25,759 nucleotides of DNA from Candidatus Heimdallarchaeota archaeon (GCA_021399395.1 JAAFKJ010000087.1:1-25759), one strand, 5' to 3'; shown: positions 10,099-18,350, counted from the first letter of the stretch. Program-made: numbers and translations. The notes: a model not told the origin generated them from the sequence alone.

Positions 10099-10350
10099 TC
10101 ACTCCGAATCTTTAGAAGCTAAGTCTCCTTTTTGTTTCAAACCTGCTAAAACAATCCTTGTAACTTGTCTTCTTATCATAGCTAAACTTTGTCTGATTTC
10201 CACCAAAGGTCTTCTTTGACTAAGGTTATGTTCTAACCGATTAACAGATTCGTAGATATAAGTGTGATTAGTGGTGAAAACTTGATCATATTTCTTAAAT
10301 TTTTTTAAAATACTAGTAACTAAACTGAAATCTTCAATAGTAAAATCGAA
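10099..10350 (-). pseudogene. Possible decayed gene remnant
   Basis: 83 stop-free codons without an upstream start (FDFTIEDFSLVTSILKKFKKYDQVF...IRRQVTRIVLAGLKQKGDLASKDSE*) inside an ~800-bp stretch with no annotated ORF; flanked by in-frame stops. Confidence 0.3.
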
Positions 10351-10594
10351 TTATTAGAGATTCTTAGTCTATAATTCTGTTCTATCGGTTAGATAAGCAT
10401 TTTAAATGATTTGCTAGGAATTGGTCTTACCAAATAGTTTATCAATCCCTAAACAAAATTCGATTAAGTAGATTTAAACTAGTTAGTTATGTATGTGTTA
10501 ATTCTTTTAAAGATTTAGTGACATCAAATTAATGGGTTTTAGATTTATGGGATGTCACATCCTAAAGTGAAAAACTAATGGAGGAAAAGTCAAA

Positions 10595-10792
10595 ATGAAA
10601 GGCACAATCAAAAGAATCATGTATGATAGAAACTTTGGTTTTATCCAAGTTGAAGGAGAAGAAAAAGATATCTTTTTCCACAGATCTGGAACAACTGTTG
10701 AATTCGGTGATTTAAGAGAAGGAGATACTGTTGAATTCGATCTTGAAGATACTGATAGAGGACAACAAGCAATCAATCTTAAAACAGCATAA
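10595..10792 (+). CDS. csp: Cold-shock domain protein (CspA family), copy 1
   Basis: 65 aa; MKGTIK, RNP1 NFGFI, RNP2 DIFFHRS, VEFDLEDTDRGQQAINL; GGAGG Shine-Dalgarno upstream. Confidence 0.95.
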   Translation: MKGTIKRIMYDRNFGFIQVEGEEKDIFFHRSGTTVEFGDLREGDTVEFDLEDTDRGQQAINLKTA

Positions 10793-10808
10793 TTAACCTA
10801 AACAAATC

Positions 10809-10850
10809 GTACGATATTATTTTAATATCATACATTCTTTTCTTTCTTTT
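10809..10850 (+). terminator. Putative terminator of csp copy 1
   Basis: GATATTA-ttt-TAATATC hairpin followed by TTCTTTTCTTTCTTTT. Confidence 0.5.
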
Positions 10851-10900
10851 AATTTAAATCAAACGCACAATTTTTAATTATCATCACCAAATCTAGATGC

Positions 10901-11374
10901 ATGAAAGAAGCCATACAGTACTCTCTCAAAAACGGTTTAAAAGGAGCTTTTTCACATAGTAACCCTGTAGAAGCAATTGCTAGTTTGGATGTAAGTATAT
11001 CTAGAAAACGTTTAGCAGTCGATTCACATTCGATTTGGGAGATCCTGTTCCATATTGTTTTCTGGCAAGATATCTTTATTGAAAATATTAAAGGAAACGA
11101 TCCTGAATGGGATGACAAAGGCAGTTGGCCTACTGAAGAACATATGGAAAAAAAAGAGAATTTTGAACAATTAAAAGTTAGATTCAAAGAAGGAATTGAA
11201 GAAATCGAGAAATTGACTGAAACAGTTGATCTTGAAGAGAGATTGATTTTCGGGGATAATAGACCACCCAGATTGCAGTTTGTTATAGTTGCAATTACAC
11301 ACAATTCCTATCATACAGGTCAACTATTGATTCTAAGGAATATACTGAAAACCCCAAAAAAATTAGATGAGTAA
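10901..11374 (+). CDS. DinB/YfiT-like family protein
   Basis: HSIWEILFHIVFWQD and HNSYHTGQLLILR are typical DinB-family His motifs. Confidence 0.88.
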   Translation: MKEAIQYSLKNGLKGAFSHSNPVEAIASLDVSISRKRLAVDSHSIWEILFHIVFWQDIFIENIKGNDPEWDDKGSWPTEEHMEKKENFEQLKVRFKEGIEEIEKLTETVDLEERLIFGDNRPPRLQFVIVAITHNSYHTGQLLILRNILKTPKKLDE

Positions 11375-11400
11375 TTAAGAAGAGATGTCAAGATTTTACT

Positions 11401-12270
11401 TCAATCTTTCAATGGCCACATCTGATCAAAGAACTCCTTCGGAGGATGACTTAAATCATCATTTATCCTTGTATCATGGAGAATACAAGAGCAATATGAA
11501 TCTCCTGCAACTATTGTGTGTTCCATTGTTAAGATAAAATGCTCGTTATTATTATTGTAGCTTTGAAAATCTCCATAGCAAGCTGCGAGATATTTTAATT
11601 CGGTATCCGGTAACTCTTTTATTGCATCATTCCACATGCAAGTGTCCTTTCTCTGCGGAAACTTTCCATCCTCAATAACGCCTTGCGCGATTACCCAACC
11701 AATATTAGGAGGGTCTCCCTTTTTAGGTATTCTTGCTTCCCTGAATTCCTCTAAAGTCTCATAATTTGGTTTCTTTGGTGCAATTGATTTGACATAAGCT
11801 GTGATGTAGTCTTTGAATAGTTGAACAGCTTGGTTTCTTTCTAGAGCTTCAGTAAGCGCTTGAACACTATAATACCTGTGAAGAAGAAAAGATAGAATAT
11901 AGTTTTTATTAGGTACCTTGATTTTGTCTTTTGTCCAATTTCTCGTTGTATCAAAGTTCAGTAGTTGTAAATAATATGCCATACTGTTTCGTAATAAGTC
12001 AGGATACATTTTCAGATGCATAAAATCTTCAATTACATCTTCAGGAATGAGAACTTTTGCTTCTTTGTATATTTGCTTTGAGAGAAGAATGAACTTGGTA
12101 TTGAGCTTTACAACAAAACCAGGTAAGATATCTGGTTTGTCTTTCTTAATGAATCCTAATAGATAATTCAATCGTTTTAATATTGTCTTCTTTGCAAATT
12201 CTAAGGGTTGTAGCTCTTTCATTCTATCTAAATCACTTATATGATATTGACCTGTTTGAAATACTTCCAT
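11401..12270 (-). CDS. L-2-amino-thiazoline-4-carboxylic acid hydrolase-like (ATC hydrolase family) protein with N-terminal extension
   Basis: C-terminal Cys pattern CMWNDA...ACYGDF...LTMEHTIVAGDSYCSC resembles this family; actual activity unknown. Confidence 0.65.
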   Translation of the reverse strand: MEVFQTGQYHISDLDRMKELQPLEFAKKTILKRLNYLLGFIKKDKPDILPGFVVKLNTKFILLSKQIYKEAKVLIPEDVIEDFMHLKMYPDLLRNSMAYYLQLLNFDTTRNWTKDKIKVPNKNYILSFLLHRYYSVQALTEALERNQAVQLFKDYITAYVKSIAPKKPNYETLEEFREARIPKKGDPPNIGWVIAQGVIEDGKFPQRKDTCMWNDAIKELPDTELKYLAACYGDFQSYNNNNEHFILTMEHTIVAGDSYCSCILHDTRINDDLSHPPKEFFDQMWPLKD

Positions 12271-12282
12271 TTTATATTCCTC

Positions 12283-12402
12283 CTATTCTTTTCCCATGCT
12301 TTCTGTAAATTCCAAAGAAGGTTGTTCAGCTTCGGGGTGAACATGATTATTCCAATAAAATGTATTTGTTAAACTAAAACACTTGTGAGTTTCTATTTGC
12401 AT
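12283..12402 (-). CDS. Small ORF, 39 aa, directly upstream of the ATC-hydrolase-like gene
   Basis: MQIETHKCFSLTNTFYWNNHVHPEAEQPSLEFTESMGKE*; GGTGA SD-like motif 5 nt before ATG; its TAG overlaps the AGGAGG SD of the next gene. Confidence 0.45.
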   Translation of the reverse strand: MQIETHKCFSLTNTFYWNNHVHPEAEQPSLEFTESMGKE

Positions 12403-12555
12403 TGATTTCACCTATTCTAACAATCAATTACACATAATTGTTAAAAAAATGAGCACTTATTAAGATATCTTAGAACGTATAACAGTTTTTTATTGCGAAC
12501 TTTGAGATAATTGAATTTGATTAGTTTTTTAAAGTAGTATCGCTAAAATAAATAG

Positions 12556-12939
12556 ATGAAGTTCTATTGCAAGAAATGCAATTCACAGTTTGATGAAGAT
12601 TACAAAGATTTATTCGAAAATCTAAAATGCCCTAATTGCAAACACAGAGATATTGTCTTAAACTTCATTGTTCAAGGAGTACATCCTCCTGAAACAGGAT
12701 TAGGCATCTCCTATTTTGAATTTGAGGATGTATTGGAGGAAGGTAAAAATCACTATTTAGAACAATTCTTTGAAGATGAATTCAAACTTCAGTATTCTCG
12801 ATCAGGTACAGAATTTTCTTTGATTGATAAATCGGGAAAGGGAGTAAATCTAGAAGAAATCTATCACAAAACTCAGAACGATGGCAAACTCCAGAGAATA
12901 ATTTACAATATCTACTATGTTCTCCTACAAGATTTCTAA
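12556..12939 (+). CDS. Zinc-ribbon domain protein
   Basis: N-terminal CKKC...CPNC pair; rest unassigned. Confidence 0.75.
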   Translation: MKFYCKKCNSQFDEDYKDLFENLKCPNCKHRDIVLNFIVQGVHPPETGLGISYFEFEDVLEEGKNHYLEQFFEDEFKLQYSRSGTEFSLIDKSGKGVNLEEIYHKTQNDGKLQRIIYNIYYVLLQDF

Positions 12940-13163
12940 TAAACCATGGTAAAATTCTTTGAAAATTGAAAGTTTATCAAAATAGTCATTTTGGGTAAAT
13001 CGCATACTTTATTAAGAAGTAGTTTAGGAATTTATATGATTAAAAAGTGTTATTTAGATTTTGACGTAGTCTTTAAAAGATAGATAAATTTCTGATTGGC
13101 AGTTTTTAATTTGCGATGAAGTAGTAAAACACTTCTTCGCATAAATAATTAGGAGGAATCCTT

Positions 13164-13361
13164 GTGAAAGGCACAATTAAAAGAATTATGTATGATAGAA
13201 ACTTTGGTTTTATCCAAGTTGAAGGAGAAGAAGACGACATCTTTTTCCACAGATCCGGAACTAAAGGAGAGTTCCAAGATCTTAAAGAAGATTCTGAAGT
13301 CGAATTCGAAATTGAAGAAACCGATAGAGGTAAGCAAGCCACAAACGTGGAAGCTGTTTAG
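13164..13361 (+). CDS. csp: Cold-shock domain protein (CspA family), copy 2
   Basis: GTG start after AGGAGG; first 23 residues identical to copy 1; RNP1 and RNP2 motifs present. Confidence 0.95.
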   Translation: MKGTIKRIMYDRNFGFIQVEGEEDDIFFHRSGTKGEFQDLKEDSEVEFEIEETDRGKQATNVEAV

Positions 13362-13503
13362 ATACATTAAAAAAAACAACTGATTAGGAATCAGAAAATA
13401 AGTCAAAGAATAAAGTCAGTTCTTAACTGTAAAATATTCTTTGCACACCTATTTTTTTCTAAATTTCGTTTATTTTTATTCAAACTCAACCAGAGATGAT
13501 ATT

Positions 13504-14754
13504 TCACACTAATTTTATGCGAATATATAAATCAACTTCCTGCTTATTTTTCAAGACCCCACTAACATAGAAAGTCTCATAATTACGGATGCCTTGCTCT
13601 CCTAAGGTTAAATCCAATTTTACTTCTTCAGGATCTTTCTTATCTATTTTCCAGAAAGATGGTAAAAAGTCTAAATTATATTCATATCCCTTATTCTTAA
13701 TTATTGAAAGAATGTTTTCAACAGTTGTTGATCTTGGAAGTTTTAATCTTTCAATTAAAGCTGCGTTTTTACCACAAAGAACACATTTCTTATTTGGAGG
13801 TTTTTCGAAGTAGAAAAACTTACCAACCAAGCCATTATAAATTACGTATTCAGCATTTACAGTACCTAGTTCAATTCCCTTCACATGATGCAAAAGTTTC
13901 AGTGCTTCTTGCGATTGAAGTGATGCAATTACAGCATTTATCGTAATAATAGTAGGATCATGTTGATCTACCATCTTGACTACTTCGTCAATAGAGAACA
14001 GGTTTTCTTTTGGAAAATGCTCTTTAGTTAGGTTATTTGCATAGTTCAAAACAACTTTCATTTCAGCTTGAACACCTGTATCTGGTGGTCTATTATGTTT
14101 CGATTCAAAGTATAATTGTCCTTTCAATAGACAATGTGATCTTTTTCTTGGGATTCCTACAAGAGTACATGCTGCTAATGTTTCTCTTTCTCTCTCAGGT
14201 TGTGGGTCACATTGAAGACATGCATTTTGCCCTGGAAGGTATGTATAGACATGTCCATAATACGTTACTGTCCCTCCATCTATCAAGGGTTTCTTATAAT
14301 GAACAGCTCTTCTGTTGAGTTCTCCTCTTGCAGTTACTGAATCCAAACCCGAGATTAACAAATCAGCTGAAACATAGATTTCTGGATCAACATCTTCTAG
14401 ATTTGAATGATGCCAGATGTATCTACAATAAGGATTTATTCGTTTAAGAGTTCTTGCTGCAACTCTAGATTTAGGTTCTCCTTCATCGGCATCAGAAAAT
14501 AAAATTTGTCTATTTAGATTTGAGTATTCAATTATATCTAAATCTATTAGATGTAATGTTCCAACACCAGCCATTGCAAGATTCTTCGCAACTTCAGTCC
14601 CTAAACCACCAATTCCTACAATGACGACTGTAGAATCTTTCAAAGCTTTCTGATTCCATCCAGGTAATCTTAGTTGTCTATCAAATCTTTTTCTTTCTTC
14701 TTTTGAAAATGTCTCATCAAAAAAATTAGACTTGTTTTCTTTGTTTTTACTCAT
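13504..14754 (-). CDS. Ubiquitin-like activating enzyme E1 (ThiF/UBA family, UBA3/UBA2-like architecture)
   Basis: RFDRQLR, GIGGLG, DLDIIEYSNLNRQILF, PLIDGGT; Zn pairs CLQC and CVLC; catalytic Cys region AACTLVGIPRKRSHC; C-terminal ubiquitin-fold-like domain (TTVENIL...LTLGEQGI). Confidence 0.93.
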   Translation of the reverse strand: MSKNKENKSNFFDETFSKEERKRFDRQLRLPGWNQKALKDSTVVIVGIGGLGTEVAKNLAMAGVGTLHLIDLDIIEYSNLNRQILFSDADEGEPKSRVAARTLKRINPYCRYIWHHSNLEDVDPEIYVSADLLISGLDSVTARGELNRRAVHYKKPLIDGGTVTYYGHVYTYLPGQNACLQCDPQPERERETLAACTLVGIPRKRSHCLLKGQLYFESKHNRPPDTGVQAEMKVVLNYANNLTKEHFPKENLFSIDEVVKMVDQHDPTIITINAVIASLQSQEALKLLHHVKGIELGTVNAEYVIYNGLVGKFFYFEKPPNKKCVLCGKNAALIERLKLPRSTTVENILSIIKNKGYEYNLDFLPSFWKIDKKDPEEVKLDLTLGEQGIRNYETFYVSGVLKNKQEVDLYIRIKLV

Positions 14755-14802
14755 TATTGTACATCTCTTAGGATTCTATTTAACATAAATTATTCTTGTT
14801 TT

Positions 14803-14856
14803 TGAAAAAATGAAAAGAAAGGAGAAACTATTTTCTTTCAAAAAGAAAAATAGTTT
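14803..14856 (-). terminator. Hairpin plus U-rich tract between the Ubl and E1 genes
   Basis: Imperfect inverted repeat AAACTATTTTCTT/AAGAAAAATAGTTT (14825-14856), followed on the minus strand by CTCCTTTCTTTTCATTTTTTC. Confidence 0.5.
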
Positions 14857-14860
14857 TAGT

Positions 14861-15220
14861 TTATCCAGCTGTTGAGACAGGGATAAGTAGAATAGTGTCT
14901 CCGTCTTCCACTCCATAATCTGCTAATGTATCGTCAGGATCGCAGGTTCTTCCAGCATGTGACAAGTGAAATTCATCTGGAGGTAATCCAAAGATTTGAC
15001 TGACAGTATATTTGATATCACCAACGGGCGCATCAGTAGCTACGACAAGCTTTTCCTGTTTTGGACTTGGTCCAATTGTACTTTGGAAATAAACGCTAAT
15101 CTTCTTACTTGCAGGAGTCTTAGACTTTTCAGGAGTTTTAGAGATAATTTCGTCTTCTAATACCTCTTCTTCTTCTTCTTCAAAAGATAATTCTTCAAAT
15201 TCTTCGCTCATTTTTATCAT
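14861..15220 (-). CDS. Ubiquitin-like protein with acidic N-terminal extension, ending ...STAG
   Basis: GLPPDEFHLSHAGRTCDPDDTLADYGVEDGDTILL aligns with ubiquitin [35 protein letters not shown]; adjacent to E1. The true start may be the second Met (15211). Confidence 0.92.
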   Translation of the reverse strand: MIKMSEEFEELSFEEEEEEVLEDEIISKTPEKSKTPASKKISVYFQSTIGPSPKQEKLVVATDAPVGDIKYTVSQIFGLPPDEFHLSHAGRTCDPDDTLADYGVEDGDTILLIPVSTAG

Positions 15221-15454
15221 TCCTAGTTTAATACAACATGTGTATATCTGTTTGGAATATTAAAAAATTACCCTTTTAGGTATAAAAAACATTCTTATTT
15301 AGTAAGATAAATTAGAAAAACAGATTGATAGTATCTAAAAATCTATAAAACACATTGAATATATCCTAAAATGGGAATAATCAGTTACAATTAGATGTAA
15401 AAAATTGAGTTGTTAAGTAATCTATGAAAGGCAAACTAAGAGTGTGACTTACAG

Positions 15455-16183
15455 ATGAATGATAAAAACAAAAAGAAACGACCTTCATCCAAGAAACCGA
15501 GGCAAAAAATCCCTATAGATTCGAAGATACCTCAACAAAAAAAACCATCTAGCAAAATACCGAAACAAAGAGTTAGCGATGAAGACCTGTTACCACCAAG
15601 AAGACAGAGATCTAAAAAAGAAACTCCTGCCCCTAGTAAGTCAAGGCTAAGACAAGATGAGATAAGAAAATCAAACAAAGGAGTAGCTAAACAAGAAATT
15701 TACACTAAGAAACCAAAAGGAGAGAGATTTGTTGATCAACAGAAGAGAAGTAAGGGTATTCCGAAACAGAAGATTCCCAAAACTAAAATCCCAAAACAGG
15801 ATCAATTAGACGAAGCTAAAGAGAAGAATATCGTTCCAGAGGATGAAGAAACAAGGAAAAAAGAAAAGCGAGAATCTATTCCACCAAGGAGGGAAAAGTT
15901 CAAAGAAATAGAAACTCTAGATTCAAAAGCTGTTGAGAAGGAAGAGAGAGAGAAGAAAGAAGATCATCCTCCTGCAAACAACAAAGACCAATTTTCTGAA
16001 ACTCAGAAGCATGAATCAAAGGCTTTACCCAAAGATGAAAGAGTAAGAGAGAAAAAGGAAAGAGAAGCACCAGCTGCTAGAGAAATTAGTGAGATTATTG
16101 AGGAGAAGCGTCCTACTCAAAAAACTCCTAGTCAAAAATATCCTCAACAGACTAAAAGACCTAAACAAAAGAAACCTAAGTGA
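15455..16183 (+). CDS. Lys/Glu/Arg/Pro/Gln-rich low-complexity, probably disordered protein with KIPKQ-like repeats
   Basis: 242-aa ORF almost lacking hydrophobic core residues; repeats SKIPQQK, SKIPKQR, KGIPKQKIPKTKIPKQ. Confidence 0.7.
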   Translation: MNDKNKKKRPSSKKPRQKIPIDSKIPQQKKPSSKIPKQRVSDEDLLPPRRQRSKKETPAPSKSRLRQDEIRKSNKGVAKQEIYTKKPKGERFVDQQKRSKGIPKQKIPKTKIPKQDQLDEAKEKNIVPEDEETRKKEKRESIPPRREKFKEIETLDSKAVEKEEREKKEDHPPANNKDQFSETQKHESKALPKDERVREKKEREAPAAREISEIIEEKRPTQKTPSQKYPQQTKRPKQKKPK

Positions 16184-16212
16184 TGGTCCTTTTGTTAAAG
16201 CATTTTTTCAGT

Positions 16213-16806
16213 TCACACAAATAGCATTAAGAGTGAAGAATAGAAATAAACTACTGCAAATACCATCAAGAAGAGATTCTCTAAGAGGAATATAGATGTT
16301 AAAATGTAGGTTGTTGGTATAATCAACAGGAGTAGAAAACCAAAAAGTTTAGGAGGGATTCCTTTTTCACTTGTGCCTTTCATTCTGATGAAAGGATATC
16401 TGATGAAAGTTCTGAATATTAGAAAATTGCTGAAGATGTAGTAAGGTAATAGAATGAAATCCACAATATTAATGTAAAAATAATATGTGGTAGTACCAAC
16501 ATCAAAAGTACTTGTCGAAATTAAGTTTGAACCATAATCATAAATTCCTAGAAGAAATTGAGTAAGAACAACAATCACAGGAATTAGCGGGACAATTAAC
16601 ACAAAAAAAACTTCGTTGAATGTAGCATTGTGTTTAAGATAGTATATACTTCGTATCATAATGAATAGTGTTAGAAAAGCAAATATTGCTGCCATTATGA
16701 AAATCTTCCCCATATCACTGTTTTCTTCTATGAAGAAATAGATAGATACACCTATCAACGATAAAGAAATAAGAAACGCAGTGGAGAGTTGTGTAATGGT
16801 TCTCAA
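16213..16806 (-). CDS. Multi-pass membrane protein (~6 TM), RING-less paralogue of the membrane domain of 17198..18328
   Basis: TTG start after AAGGTG; hydrophobic throughout; shares SD, YxKHN, FxLxxP, NxxxxxLxP and PxI...G motifs in the same order as the RING protein. Confidence 0.78.
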   Translation of the reverse strand: MRTITQLSTAFLISLSLIGVSIYFFIEENSDMGKIFIMAAIFAFLTLFIMIRSIYYLKHNATFNEVFFVLIVPLIPVIVVLTQFLLGIYDYGSNLISTSTFDVGTTTYYFYINIVDFILLPYYIFSNFLIFRTFIRYPFIRMKGTSEKGIPPKLFGFLLLLIIPTTYILTSIFLLENLFLMVFAVVYFYSSLLMLFV

Positions 16807-17038
16807 AGTAACACCTTCTTCTTTTATAGTTCTTACATCCTAATTTTTAAATTATTGTATATGTTTTTTTTGGCATTTTACTATTCTTTTATGGGTTTAT
16901 ATACTCAATTAGCTTTCGATAAATAGAGAGGATTTACATCTTAAAAAGCCTATGCGACCACCTCCAATTGGATTGTGGTCAAGCTTAAAAAGAAGATGAA
17001 TCCAACTCAAAAACAACTATCTATATATGAGAAAGTTC

Positions 17039-17104
17039 CAAGCGATCCGAAAACCGTACCTAAACGTACGGTGAACGGGGTAGGAGGGTATGTGATGTAC
17101 CCCC
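17039..17104 (+). repeat. Structured intergenic element copy A (candidate ncRNA or REP/MITE-like repeat)
   Basis: GC-rich CAAGCGATCCG-[ACCGTAC/GTACGGT hairpin]-GAACGGGGTAGGA-[GGGTAT/GTACCC hairpin]; homologous to 20493-20555. Confidence 0.65.
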
Positions 17105-17197
17105 GTAGAATTTGTGAGGACCATAGGGAATGACACACACAACGTCTACGAAATGGCTCAACTATATTTGACTAATATGCAAACATGACTAGTCACA

Positions 17198-18328
17198 TCA
17201 TAGCTTCTCAATCACTTTCTCTATATAGATTTTTACAGTTACACGATATTTTGGATTATTAACGTATCTAGTTGAGATAGGTTGATTACATCTTGCACAC
17301 AATCTAGATTTCTGGAACCAGTTAAGAAATTCATCTTCATGTGCTGGATATTTGCAATTAGGACATAGTATTATTTTTCTTGATTCTTTTTTATTAAAAT
17401 CCATATAACAAATAATACATTTCATCTCTTCTTTCTTTGGAGTACCAATTGGAAACATGCTTTTAGTAACAGTAGTTGTGGTTTTAGTAGTCTTTACCAT
17501 TTTTCTTTTCGATGATGGTACGTCAATACCTGGGGCAACTCTAGCGGAAGAGGTAGTACTTCTAGTAGCTCTCCTTGTAGTAGACCTAGAAGTTGTTGAA
17601 GTGCTTCTGGATCTTGTTGGTACAGACCTTGTCCCACTTCTCGAAGATGCTGTAACTTGACCTCTTCTTCGAGTTGCACTTGAAGATCCTGTTGAGGTAG
17701 TTCTTCTTGTAGAACTTCTTGCTGAGACTGTTACCTCTCTTCGTGACTTATTAAATGCAACAATAACAAAATATCTGAAAATGTAAACTAAGTATAATAT
17801 AACAAAGATGAAACAAACAAAATCTATTTGCCAATTGATAAAGAAACCAATCAAGAATGTCAGAATAAAGAAAGAATGGAGCAAGAAAGGAATTTTTTTA
17901 CCTCTATTTATTTTTCTGTTGATAGCAATTCCAGGCCATTTTCCTGAATAGAACTTACTGAAGAATATGGAGAGGATAATTACAGGAACTATCAAAGAGA
18001 TAGAAATTAAATTGAAGAACATTAGTTCCGAACCTCCACTTGACCGAATTGTGAAGATTTCAACAGTTAATGCAACAGGAGAGATGTAGTTTCCCATTAG
18101 CAAGACTGCATAAGGGAGTAGTAGAAATTGACTACTAGCTAAAATGGAGTTGTGTTTCTTATAGTGTCGTCTTTCCAGGAGAAATTTTAGAGCTGCTACT
18201 GTATACAGTGTAATAAAGAAAATCATTAACGTTGTTGCCAAGTCACTTTGAATAATTAGATATAGAATCCCTACGGTTAAACCTACAATTGATATCGCTA
18301 AGTAGGTTTTCCAATTATTCAATTCCAA
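17198..18328 (-). CDS. Multi-pass membrane RING-variant protein (putative E3 ligase)
   Basis: About 6 N-terminal TM helices, a long S/T/R-rich linker, and C-terminal CIIC-x14-CPNC-x3(KYPA)H-EDEF-LNW-x6-CARC; immediately downstream of E2 and JAMM genes. Confidence 0.85.
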   Translation of the reverse strand: MELNNWKTYLAISIVGLTVGILYLIIQSDLATTLMIFFITLYTVAALKFLLERRHYKKHNSILASSQFLLLPYAVLLMGNYISPVALTVEIFTIRSSGGSELMFFNLISISLIVPVIILSIFFSKFYSGKWPGIAINRKINRGKKIPFLLHSFFILTFLIGFFINWQIDFVCFIFVILYLVYIFRYFVIVAFNKSRREVTVSARSSTRRTTSTGSSSATRRRGQVTASSRSGTRSVPTRSRSTSTTSRSTTRRATRSTTSSARVAPGIDVPSSKRKMVKTTKTTTTVTKSMFPIGTPKKEEMKCIICYMDFNKKESRKIILCPNCKYPAHEDEFLNWFQKSRLCARCNQPISTRYVNNPKYRVTVKIYIEKVIEKL

Positions 18329-18350
18329 CTTTATACATCTCTAAATTCTT

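Noticed and set aside
10555-13406. Minus-strand ORFs 10555..10776 and 13106..13342 that resemble each other, plus 10849..11304, 13149..13406 and 13192..13383
   Set aside because: Their similarity simply mirrors the duplicated csp genes; all overlap better-supported genes.
13589-14318. Plus-strand ORFs inside E1
   Set aside because: Antisense shadows of a well-supported gene.
16936-16998. Hairpin GACCAC...GTGGTC around TCCAATTGGA and a 15-codon ORF (MRPPPIGLWSSLKRR)
   Set aside because: Single occurrence with no second copy or covariation; too short to support.
17457-17679. ORFs 17457..17660 and 17494..17679 and repeat-like DNA in the RING linker
   Set aside because: By-products of the low-complexity Ser/Thr/Arg coding sequence; no regular repeat unit.
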